A stretch of DNA of 57,056 nt, filler included, from Sphacelaria rigidula (Eukaryota), in assembly GCA_964200075.2 (NCBI GenBank). It is 4 parts of 4 records of this genome, joined end to end, with 100 filler letters (N's around TTAATTAATTAA, not from the genome) between each part and the next. Parts side by side here need not be neighbours in the genome. Positions count along the whole stretch, not along the records: positions 28,581 to 42,768 come from CAXNAA020002402.1; positions 42,869 to 57,056 come from CAXNAA020002403.1; 2 more parts are not named here. One strand, written 5' to 3'. Below the pieces are notes generated by a model. The model ran no database searches. It was not told the origin of the DNA and saw nothing but the letters and a program-made list of their open reading frames with translations. A program made the position numbers and the translations under genes. This document shows, in pieces, positions 37,480-48,800 of the stretch (positions are counted from its first letter, which is position 1; each line of letters begins with the position of its first letter).

Positions 37480-39480
37480 TGTGCGGTCAAACGTTAACCT
37501 GCCATTAAATAAATGTACCCCAATCGAATTTAGAACGATATCATTCCGCTTCTGCATGCGATGAAGGGAAAAAGTATTAAACTTGACCCTTTCTATGACG
37601 TAGACATCGGTCAACTGTACCGGAAACTCTATCTAGGGGACAGAAAGTTCTGAAGATCCCATGTCGAATCTCAAATTCAGACTACCTACTGCTTTGACTG
37701 GGGGTTTGGCCCCGTCACCCATCGTGACGTTCTCGATGCCCTGAGGAGGAGGTCGTTAATCAAAAACGTCATCCACATTCCCTGTGATGTGGTATGTAGC
37801 GCTTGTATCCGCAATCCATTTCCCCGCACTGTAACCCCGACTAGGTGCAGTCCCACTACGTAGCACATCCAACCTACGTAAATCAAGGCTCCAAAGCCAA
37901 AAGTGAGACTCGCCTTCGGACATGGAACGCGCCATGAACATTTGTGGATGTTCCGACTGTCGTGACGTATCGGCAGGAGGTGCTGAAGTCGAGGGGGGGG
38001 CTGCAGCTTGTTGGTGCGGTTGGTGTGAGGTGTACTGTTGAGGAAGATAGTAATAACATTGTTGCTGTTGCTGGTGCTGCAACGGGGGGGGGGGTTGCTG
38101 GTAGTAGCCGTGGTATTGGGGCTGCTGCTGGGGATGGGAATGATATGAAGGCGGGAGCTGTGGTTGTTGGTCGGTATGGCATGGAGGCGGGAGCTGTACG
38201 GAATATGCAAATCCTACATTATCAAAGGTGTTGCCGTCTCGTGAGACGAAGTTGTCATTAGTGGCGGAATCTTCGGATCGCTGGACAAAATTCGCATGAC
38301 AGTGGGAGCCGCTGGATAAGTAATCACGAGAGGGGTGGTTTCCCCCGTGGTGTGCGTAACGATGTTCTGGGTTGAGATCTCGATGGCCTTATTGGCTATC
38401 GGCATTTCTCCGCCCATCACCTCGTGCATGGAGATCAATACCACGATCATTATATCCGTTGCAGTTGCGTCGGTTGCATGATGAGGATTGAGGGTTGGAG
38501 TTGTTTGGAGTTGAAGTTTGTGGTTGGAGTTGTTGTGGTTTCGGTTGTGAAATGATCGACGGTGGCATGAAGGGCTAAACAAGGAGGTGTACCTTGGGGA
38601 ACTGTCATGGTGAGGCGAGTCATGGTTGCGGCGTGTGGGCGAGGAACTTTTGGGATGCCGGTCTGAGGTATGGTGCCCACTGGGGTCCGAACCGCTCTCC
38701 CGGCAGTGGTTGTGTGATTGCGTTGAATAGTGTCGGTTGCTGTCGGATCGTCGAGTTGCGGAGTGCTGATAAGGTCGTTGTTGGTGATCAATAGTGTATT
38801 CATCTCCGTACCATCTCCTCCCCCCCCCCCCGACTCCCACGTCGCCCGGCAGATATGTCACTTTGAGAAGCACAATGAATTATTGCGGAAAGAGCATGGT
38901 TACTCGGCGAATCTACCCTACTCCTAGACAGTTCCAACTCAGCGTGGGCTGTCTTGACTCTGCGGTACAGGGTCTCTGTATCTATGGCGGACATAGCAAG
39001 AAGTGTACCACTCTGGATCTCGTAGTCCGAGGGTAATCTGCGCGCATAGAGCCTGTTTGCATCAAACTCCGAAATTTACGGTACCACACTGATGTCTCTT
39101 AGGTCGAACCAGGTTTGCCCTTCTCAAAAAAACTAAAGTCGATTCGCCATGCGACATCTGTAAACTCGTCCATTCATGTTCGAGACGAGCTTTCTCAGCA
39201 GCGAGAGAAGCGGTATAGCACTGAACAAAATAATCCCATGCCTCACTAGGCGAACCAAGTATGGCGAAATGTTTTACCATGTGAGGTGCCGTGATTTTTT
39301 CCGAGATAACATCGTGAGCTCGTTGAGCTTTTACTACTGCCTGATACATGCTGCCTCATCAGCTCCTCTTCCGTCTCAAGAAACGCACGGATCGGTACCT
39401 GCACAAAAGAACATCATAACATCTCTCGGCACGAAAATACCCGGCCATCTGCACATGCAAAACCCAAACCTTTGACTCCG

Positions 39481-39512
<32 letters not shown>

Positions 39513-40168
39513 ACCCCCCCCCCCCCCCCCCCGACCAATCCACCCCCCTCACCAATCTTTTTTTGGGGGGGGTGGTNNNNNNNNNNAAAACAATAACACC
39601 CCGCGACCAAAAAACCCCGGCCAATTTCCACCGAAAAACCCAAACCTTTGACCCCCCCCCCCCCCCCCCCCTGCCATCAGAGAACCGTCCCGCGGATGAA
39701 TACTAGTACTATTACGCACTCGTACAATGTTTGGTTGGGCACGTTACCCTCCCACGAAGGTTTCGTACCTGTACTGGGGGGAAAGTCGTGGGTTGCTGCG
39801 CTGGTCACGGTTTACAGTACTCGCCTGCACACGGATACCCTGCGCGCCTGCATTAAAATTGTTACTCCTTTCTTTCTCATACTCTGCAATAGCGTTCTGC
39901 CCAACTGTATTCGACGCTCACTGCGTGACTCTCTGAAACTGGCTGAACGCGCAAGTTGTGCTGCTATTCTGCTCAACTGTATTAGAGGCTAACTGCGTGT
40001 CTTTCTCACACTATAATGTTTCCCCCTGCTTCTTGGCTACACTCGAGTCTGGTCAAATCGCTAGCGCAATGAACCAATGAATGGCTTTTAGAGGAGGTAT
40101 TCTGGACAGAGCGGAATGTGTAGTAACTCTTCTTGTGTTCATGTCTTACACCCTTCACTCACCCAACA
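37480..40168 (-). mobile_element. Ty1/Copia 5' relic: probable LTR (39728-40168), gag and protease
   Basis: Gag-like SPSEAWDYF...AEKARLEHEWTSLQMSHGES...RLPSDYE. Protease WIADTSATYHITG...VTMGDG...VGSLNLRF...LTDVYVI...FNTFSL. TGTTGG...CCAAACA candidate LTR ends. No canonical PBS recognised. Confidence 0.82.
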
Positions 40169-42074
40169 TCAACCGTGCATGCTCCACCCGAGCTGCGTTC
40201 AAACCCAAAAATGTTGTTTTGTATGTATGTAAAATGAAGTCTAAAAACAACTGAGGCTCGTGTGCACGCATGCACCTTGGATCCCCTCATATTCCGAACA
40301 TTCAGTCAGAACACAATACCCGTTACCTCATACAATACCCGGAACCTCCGATATACCATCAATCTGCCCCTCCATGTACGTGAATTACTCCAAGTACATG
40401 TACACTGGGGTTCAGCTCGGCAGTATTCTAATACACCATTACCACAGCTGAGTACAGTCGTGTGGATATACAATCGCAGTCAGTGTATGAGATTTGAAAG
40501 CGGCACATACTGTCAGAAATTCCCGTCTTGCCCCGAATGATATCTAGGTTTTCAACATTTTTTGTGTCTCTCGAATCTCATACACCGATTACGGTACAGT
40601 ATCATATGGGATTTGCACAGCTGAGGCTGTTCTCAATAAGTCTTTTTTTGCCTAATTTCTGGATGAATTGGCGGGCAAAGTGAGGATTTACCTCGAGCAG
40701 CTTCTGCTGTATGGGATTTGTACAGCACAAGCTGTCCGAAATAAACTTTCTTTTTGCCCAATGTTAAAAAATTGGGCAAGAGGATTCATGTGAAGAAGCT
40801 GTTCGAAATCAATACTCTTTTGGCTCAGTATCTGAAATGGAAATTTGGCAAAAAGATAATTTAATCCGAACGGCTTCTGCTGAACAAATAGTTCTACAGA
40901 TCTTGTAGCAAATAATGTGGAACTTTCAAATTGGGAGTGCCTCCACAGGGTTGCTCACAGGGAGTGTGTCGAAAAAATTCTGTACAAAATTCCGGTGTAG
41001 GTAACAGGGTTTGCAAATGCTGTGCAGGTTTGCTGAACCCTGTAGAGGTGTCCTACAGGGTGCTATCTGTCCACGTGTGCAGCGCCTTCTCCATTTGTTT
41101 GTTTCTTCGATCTTTGTGGTGTTTCTGGTATCCCCACGAAATTGTGATGAAGCTCAATGGCGTTGTAAGATGTCACGATGTGCGGGTCTGCTCGTAGACC
41201 CTGGGTTCCGTGACGCGTTGCTACCGTGTTTGTTATTGTCATTGGGTTCCCGTGGTCAGATGCTACCCGGGCCACCTTCGATCAGTTGCTGGCTCTGCCT
41301 TGGTTGCTGACCTAGTTCTGCTACTCTGGCATCATCCCTACGCTCTGCTCCTATGGCTGCGCCCCGGCTGTACTGAAATATAATATCATGCTATCAAACA
41401 TGTAAGTCTTCAAGCAGTAGTGTACATAAATGAACGTGTGTGCTTTGATGGATAGCTATAGGTCGTATGATGTGCCCACGTCGATAGATTGGTTTAGCTG
41501 GAACCAACGGTATCTCCTGGTACTCGTACTGAGAGACCTCAGCCAACATATTTGCTACTACGTCATAATAAGAAAGTCATTCGCGGACATCAACTCCGAT
41601 ATCGTATCTTCCCCCACCTCGTTGTGACCTTGCTTTGCTGCTGCTATTGCTACCACCGTGTCACCATTGAATATCTTGAGTCAAGCATGTGATAGCATAC
41701 ATGTCCAACTCCTCGTGAAATATCAACATGCAACATATATTTGATATTGCCCATCGAGCATCATGGCACGCCTCGCACGTTCCGCAATATTTTTTACCAT
41801 TTTTTACATCTTTCCTCTGATCCCAGTCTCATAAAATTGATTTCTCTATACTGTCATGAGCCCGCTGTACGTCTAGAAAGAATCAGGAAATTGTTAGCCA
41901 GGAGAGTGGGCGGGTGGGTACGAGGCTTTCGTCCCGGAACTGATAGATGGTCCCGACCGAAATCCCACACTTTTCAGGGACGGGGCTCTCGTTGCAGTTT
42001 TTTTCGTTTTGTTCTGTTCAATGCATGACAAGACCAAAATGAACCCCTTTGTGTACTATGCTGTATGATGAAAG

Positions 42075-42273
42075 GACGGAGCGTATTTCGGCGCATTGAA
42101 GTGCTCCGAGAAATATCTGGGCAAATCACTACCCGCGCTGATCGCCAATCTCAAGGAGTCTCACCATTTGGTGCGCGAGTACATGCTCACCATTGTCCAA
42201 GAACGAACCGGCAGCTGCCAGACGGCTTTATCACACGCAGCGGACACGTTTTATGGAAACTTACGGACCGACG
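42075..42273 (+). CDS. Orphan candidate exon of an unidentified gene
   Basis: AAG|GAC...G|GTGAGG splice sites enclose an open 66-codon helical-looking peptide DGAYFGALKCSEKYLGKSLPALIANLKESHHLVREYMLTIVQER... No family recognised. Confidence 0.4.
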
Positions 42274-42768
42274 GTGAGGGCTACGCCATAGTTCATGCAC
42301 AATCGACCCCGGACATGGTGAATACTCGCTAAGGAATGATACACACTATGTCTCTCATTGTGACGACGCCTGCACTATCGTAGTGTGTATGCAGGTTTGA
42401 TAGATTCTTAGGACATCATGTATACCCTGGAATACCCTGAGGTTTTAGATATGTACTGTTAGCTTAGTGCAGTACACGTACTCAGTGATCCACGTTCATA
42501 GGGATAAAAATATATAGGGTATTAACTGCCCAGCGTTCTCAGTACCCCCGATACCTCAAACATTCCCCCACCCCCCTCCCCCCTACGTAATGAGCGCCGA
42601 AATGTTGAAGATGTCTATATTAGGAGTAGAAACGGTGCTCCGTCTCGAAAGGGGTGCGTGTTCGATGGTCAAACGACTAAGGCAAGTAACGAAAAAGTAC
42701 ATGCCTGGTCCGGCGAGAACCCGGCGTGCTCCGTCCCGGCTTTGTAGGGGCGGACCCCCGATGGGGTT

Positions 42769-42868
42769 NNNNNNNNNNNNNNNNNNNNNNNNNNNNNNNN
42801 NNNNNNNNNNNNTTAATTAATTAANNNNNNNNNNNNNNNNNNNNNNNNNNNNNNNNNNNNNNNNNNNN
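42769..42868. other. Artificial contig spacer
   Basis: Identical to 14192-14291. Confidence 0.97.
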
Positions 42869-43148
42869 GTATACTAACAACTATGTGAAGAAGAAACATT
42901 TTCACACCCTAGCAGGCATCATCGAAGTGGCCCAAAATCGCCCAAAAAATATCTTCTAGTGAAGCCAAATCGCGTAAAAGTATGCCTCCGGCGGGACTCC
43001 TCCAGCGGGGCCCCCTCACCAGCCGGGGGGGGGCGGTGGTCGCTGCTGCGCCGCGACACAAATGTACTGGCGCGTAGCGCCAGTCCCCAACCCTATGAAA
43101 TAGCCAAAAACGACGACGTATACCTTGCCCTCCTCACTCCATTATTTT

Positions 43149-44975
43149 CAGATGTCTACACGTTGATTGATTGATTGATTGATCATATCACATTACACCT
43201 GCCGCAACGTTACACGTTACGTTCACGTTACGTTTTGGCCGAAACGTAACGTGAACGTTATATATATATATATGTATATATATTCACGCGATGAACGCAA
43301 CATTAAATTTTCAAATGAAACATTAAGGTAACGTTGAATCTTTTGAACGTGCCAAACGATGTAACGTGAATGTTAAATTGCCCAGACGTTCAAAACACGT
43401 GATATGAAACGTTTCATGGAATGTGCATAGTCTATTTCACGTACACGTGAACTAGACGGTACACGTTGTTAAAACGTTCTATATTATGTTGCATGTTGCG
43501 TGAAACGTTTCATATTACGTTACACGACACATGAAGCGGTGCACACTTCAAATTTGCAATACATTTTGAAATCCTAGAAGACAAAGTAACTACTATACAG
43601 CGATGCAAGTGCAGGCCGTGTATTTTGCTATTAGTACGACGTTACAAGCACAGGCTGTACTTCGCAAACACGGATCAAGTGCAGGCTGCACTTGTAACCT
43701 TGTACTATTATACTGTATTTCCGACTACACGCTGTATGTACTCTGCAAGCACCGTAGTGCAAGGTTGCAAGTACAGCCTGTACTCTGCAAGCACAGTAGT
43801 GCAAGGTTACATGTACAGGCTGTACTCGCGAACACAGCTTTGGAGTGCGAGGTTACAAGTACAGGCTGTATTTTCGAACACAGTACGAGGTGGTTGCTGT
43901 ACTCTGCAAATACAACAGACAGTAGTAGCACAAGGATACACACACCCCACAGTGTGTTAGTACTAGGTGGTCAATCATTTGTTCGCGACAACGGGAGGCA
44001 GGCTCGTATTCGGCAGCGGTGATGTCGGCAATGTCTTTGGTTCTACACCGTCTTGACTGTCAGGTTCAAGGCTACATGCAGATGCACGTACATGGTAGCG
44101 CATGCAAATGCAGAGGATACGACTTCTGCCTGCACTACGATACACGAACAGGCTCTACTTTGTTTGCAAACACCCGTAACCGTCTCAGATTAAAAAAAGT
44201 GGGCTCCCGAATCGAAAAAAACGACGCGAGTTTGGTGAAAAAAAAAACAGGTGTGAGTGGATTTTTATTCCCCCCTACATGGGGGGATATAATTCTCCCG
44301 CTGGATGAGTGCATTGATTGCCTGTACCGCGGTGTAAACCTGTCATATATACGTGCATACATACGTACGCCTGCCTTTGATGGCCGTGATGAAATATCTT
44401 ATTCGTCCATGTGTACTTGTATACATAAAGAACCAAGGGTGCCGACCCGATATGGTTTAGCATGCGAAATGCTGGGACGACTCAAGCCGGCGTTCAATCA
44501 TGTTCACTATCTGGTGTGTGTACAGTATGAGCTGTCGTGCTTATGACTGAGCATTTGAAAATTGAAAAATCTAAACAAGAAGATGAAAAGAAAACAGGAG
44601 ATATAAACATATTACCGTCAAAAACGAATGAACGATACACTCTAAAGAAAGTAACGTTACACAATCAGGAAATGCGCCTATGCTCAAACATTCGATGGGC
44701 CACTGTCAGCGTCACGTACACCGTAACGTCACGCGTTACAGGACACGTTACAACGCCTTAAACACTGGTAAATGAGCCGCGACATGCACAAAATTAAACG
44801 TTCCATGAAACGTTGCATATTACGTTTCATGTAACGAAAGGTAACCCTTTTTTTCACGTGACAAACGTACCGTTGACTTTTTTTCAAGATGCCAAACGAA
44901 ACGTAACGCGAACATTGAATTTTACAAACGTGATGATCGTAACGTGAACGTAAACGTGTAACGTGTAGAACCCTG
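43149..44975. mobile_element. hAT-like non-autonomous element with dense ACGTT/AACGT subterminal repeats
   Basis: Ends CAGATGTCTACACGTT / AACGTGTAGAACCCTG (13/16). The flanking 8-mers ATTATTTT / ATGATTTT match at 7/8. 43205-43530 mirrors 44780-44965. Confidence 0.7.
43600..43930 (+). repeat. 42-bp minisatellite (TGTACTCTGCAAGCACAGTAGTGCAAGGTTACAAGTACAGGC)
   Basis: Clear units at 43737, 43779 and 43821, degenerate neighbours, and one inverted copy at ~43683-43708. Confidence 0.8.
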
Positions 44976-45412
44976 ATGATTTTATTTCTAGACGTCCCTC
45001 GACAGATTTTTCGGTTACAGTGACAATCGTATGAATCCTTGCATCTATGACCACATGCTGTATTTCTTGTGTATCAATATAACTCTTCGTGTTTCTCTAG
45101 GCATGCCTTCCTATTGCCCGCTATGACGATTATTCTGTCTACAGTATGTGCTTCAAGAGCGAGGCAATGGAAGTATCTCGTACTCAATCATGTGCAGCTC
45201 AGACCGACTGCACTCAGCTGCCCACAGAATATCCGAGACCACATTCACTTTTCTCAAGCGCCTGCGCACCTTTTCTAGCATAGTACGGTAGCACCCGCCC
45301 TTGGCTATGTGAAACTCTTGTACACATGGCTGTACCAGGTATCATCTAATCATTAATCGCTATATTTATGCTCCCACCGCGCCTTGCATCTGTCGATTTA
45401 TGCTTTTACCAG

Positions 45413-45824
45413 CCGATTTCAACGTTGGCGTGGTCAACAGCCCTGACCCGAAAGTCGAAAGTAGCAGCAGTAGCAACAGCAGCAGCAGCAGTAGCAGCAA
45501 CAACAGCAACAGCAGCATCGCTACCGACGGCGCGAACCAGAGCTTGGCATCACCACCTCCTGTCGAGAAGGCAATTGTCAACGGAGGTGGCGGCGCCAAG
45601 GAATATGGTGATAGTACCAGCGATAGTACCAGTGTTGAACAAGCCTGCGCTGCAAAGGCACTCGGTAACACTGTCCCCGTGGCCAACGGGGAGCCGGAAG
45701 CGTCCGGGTGGAGCGCATCTGCCATGAGCCATCCGATCAAGAAGAAACGGCTTCGCCGTGTAATCCACATTTCGGACGAAGAGGAGAGTCCGGATCCCGA
45801 TGGTTTCAGCAGCAGCAGCAGTAG

Positions 45825-45870
<46 letters not shown>

Positions 45871-48800
45871 GGGCTGGAGATTGTAGATTTGACATCAGAC
45901 ACACATGGCGCACACGACCACGAAAACAAGGACAAGGACGCCGACGTGAACATGAAAGGTGGTGCCAGCAACGACGGCAGCGGGCATGCGGGAGCAAAGC
46001 GACTGCAACATGGCGGAAACTTCAGTAGCAATGGTGCCAACACTAGTGTGAAAAGACAAGCGGAGAAGGGTCTGGTAGCACCGGTAAGACGGGACAATGG
46101 CAGCAACAACAGAAGCTTCGCAGGGGGGCTGCACATACCCCCCTTCAGACCAAAAGCTGTTGGTACTAAAGCAGCCGCTCCGATGAAAGTGGATTTAGTC
46201 GCTGGTACTAGCGCCGCCGTTCCTATGGAGGTGGGTTTAGACGAGGATGATTCAGATCGCAGCAGCAACAGTTTGGATGACGGCAGCGACAGCGGTAGCG
46301 ATGAGGACGGTGGTTTCATTCCATTTCTGAAGCCTTCAGCGGACAAGCCAGATCCCTACGGTTCGTCATGTTGTTGGTTTCCTTCGCTTGCAAATTAATT
46401 GAGTTAATTCGTCGTTCGTTTCGTCTCGCTTTGTTCGGTTCGTCGAGAGTCATGCTGCAGTTACATGGGTGTGTTCTGAGGTTCCTGAAAACTGCCTTGA
46501 CGTGGCACGGACCATTGTTGGCCATGGGTGGGGTACATACATGATATAACACCTGCTACACACGCAGTTGGTCATCCTGCATTGCAAATGTTTTTCAAGT
46601 TGTCCCCTCGTATGAGCGATATATTTTCTCAAATTCATGGTAGGTAGACCCCGGGAGAGTCCTTGAAGCCGTATTTTTCTCGCGTATCGCGTGCTGTCAC
46701 ACAGCATGGCAAGGCAAAGTTTCGGCAAAGCTGTTGCGCACAGCATGGAAAGGGAAAGGTTCGGCACAACAGTCGCGCTCGACGTCGAAAACCAAGTCCA
46801 CGTCCGGCACCGAAAGGTCTCAAGGCGCAGCAGGCCTCCAGCGAACAGTATCTCCAGTGGATAGGCTGTGGCCTAGTCCTTCCCGTTTTTACGTCGCTTT
46901 GCTGCGCTGGAATTTCTGTCCGACGCGGTTCACCATCGAAGAAGACGCGTCTTCCGCTGCCAAAATGGTAAGCATGGACGGGGCAAGGATAGCATAGTAA
47001 TGCACCAATGGAGGAATTTCGAGTTTTCAACTCATGTTATTGGGCAGGGGCCTGGGGGTGGGCGATGGTGATGGTTTTATGGGACGCATAGCCACGTTAT
47101 ATAATCTGACCGGTCTTGTTTCTTGAGCGAGACTTGCTGGCCATTCCATCTCCTCTCACTGATCACAATTCAAACGTCTCGGCAGTGGACTATGAGCAAC
47201 GTGAAAACCCTCCTGCCGCTCAGCTTTTAAGGTGGAAGCTGCGCTTATTACACGGTGCAGCAGTTGAATGGGTACGTGAGGCACGATAGACGTGGAGGCT
47301 TGGTGCCCGTCATTTCCGATAGCGTACTCGTGCCCACGTTGCCTAGCGGTACAACAGGTCGGGGTGTTACTGAGAGGTGCTCACGTAGATGTGCTTCCAG
47401 GTCTGAAGCTCACCAATCAATCTTATTTCTGTGTTTTACGCCATACCGTACCATACATACCTTGCAGAAGGAGCTGATGCCTGTACCGACAGAGTTTATC
47501 GACATGGTGGAGTATCAGACGCTGTTTTCCAGACTCGTAATGAAGGAAGCCGTCGCCAATCTGCAGAAAGACCTCACGGGAAGGGGAAGGCAGCGCGCGG
47601 GAGGAGCCGTCACGGGAAAGGTGGGGCCTCGCCACTAATTCAGACCCACGTGGTGGTTGCAGATAGTTGGGTGTTTGCCGTGTTGGTCTTCTTTTTGCGA
47701 CAGAGTGTCGAAATGATTGTCATCGCGTTTCTAGTGCGTTTGGGCGCGAAATTGTGGTATGGCGTGTTTTGGACGATTGAGGATGAAGGAGTGACACTAG
47801 AAGGGCCGAGGAACGCGTAGGGGTACTACTACTGCTACTACCACTGCTACTACTATTATCATTATACTGCAGCTGTTGAGCATGGCGCGAGTATGAACTT
47901 GTAGCTTTGTAACTACAAGCGAAACTTACGGTGTTTTTCATGTGCCTTCATGTGCCCGGGTGTATGTACTTGTCAAAAGTCTTACGCGTAGAGCATTGCT
48001 ACGGAGAACCCATTCGTTCGAGCGTAGGGTGCTCCATACAGACGTCTGGATTTCCTGACACGCTGTAGCTACACCGTCAAACGAACTTTGGATCATAATG
48101 ACTGGACAGACAGATGGCACAGAACGACGAGGTTGACTGATTGAGGCTTCACAGCGCTGGTGTTACCCATTTTGAGGCGCTACCTTCTGCACCTTGACCA
48201 CATTCACCCCGAAAAATAGGTGATATCGGCTGGCCTAGTGGACGATAATTGCTCGTCGTCCACATCATCCACGAGCAAAGGTGGAAGGCTGTATTCCATG
48301 CAAGTGCAAATCGACGTGCCCCGATACGCCTTCACGAAAGACCAAGATCCACCGCCCCCGTTCGCGGGAGGCGAGGTGGTGGGTATCAGCTCGCCGTTGT
48401 GGCCCAACCCGTCATCCGCGGCGGTGTTGGGCGTTGTCCAAACATGGGACCCAGTCTACGACAAAGTCAGCAAGAGAAAGGTGTCCAAGGGCAAGATTTT
48501 TATGCGATTCTTGGTGTGCGCCCATAGTAGCGGCGGGGATGGGGCCGGAGGCCTGGGGGGCTGGATTCCGTTGGCCCATGTTCAGAGTTGCCTGGGTTTG
48601 GGTAGTGGTCCGGGGAAGCAGGGCATCCCCGTGTCCCTTATTGGCGTTGGTTCTGTAATGACGGCGTCGAGAGAGTTCCAGGCTGTCATGTCCATTTCGA
48701 CCATCCCGGAAAGTGTCCGACGGTACTTGTTGCGCCCTTCGGTCGCCAAGGAGGGATCAGGTGCGCGGCAGTTGTCCTCGTCGTCCGCACCAGAAAAAAC

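Noticed and set aside
39478..39670. Long C-runs suggesting a G-quadruplex or poly-Gly region in Copia gag
   Set aside because: They surround a 10-N gap and look like low-quality read ends, so the sequence is unreliable.
41925..41975. Hammerhead-like CTGATAGATGGTCCCGACCGAAA
   Set aside because: The core deviates from CUGANGA, stem II is minimal, and no stems I/III with a cleavage triplet could be formed.
42075..45413. Joining the orphan exon 42075-42273 to the Sen1-like gene (the phases match)
   Set aside because: The two lie on different contigs separated by an artificial spacer, and a phase match has a 1-in-3 chance.
45366..46346. 326-aa minus-strand poly-Leu ORF, and other antisense ORFs such as 23623-24357 and 34697-35314
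   Set aside because: These are shadows of real coding sequence or trinucleotide repeats on the opposite strand.
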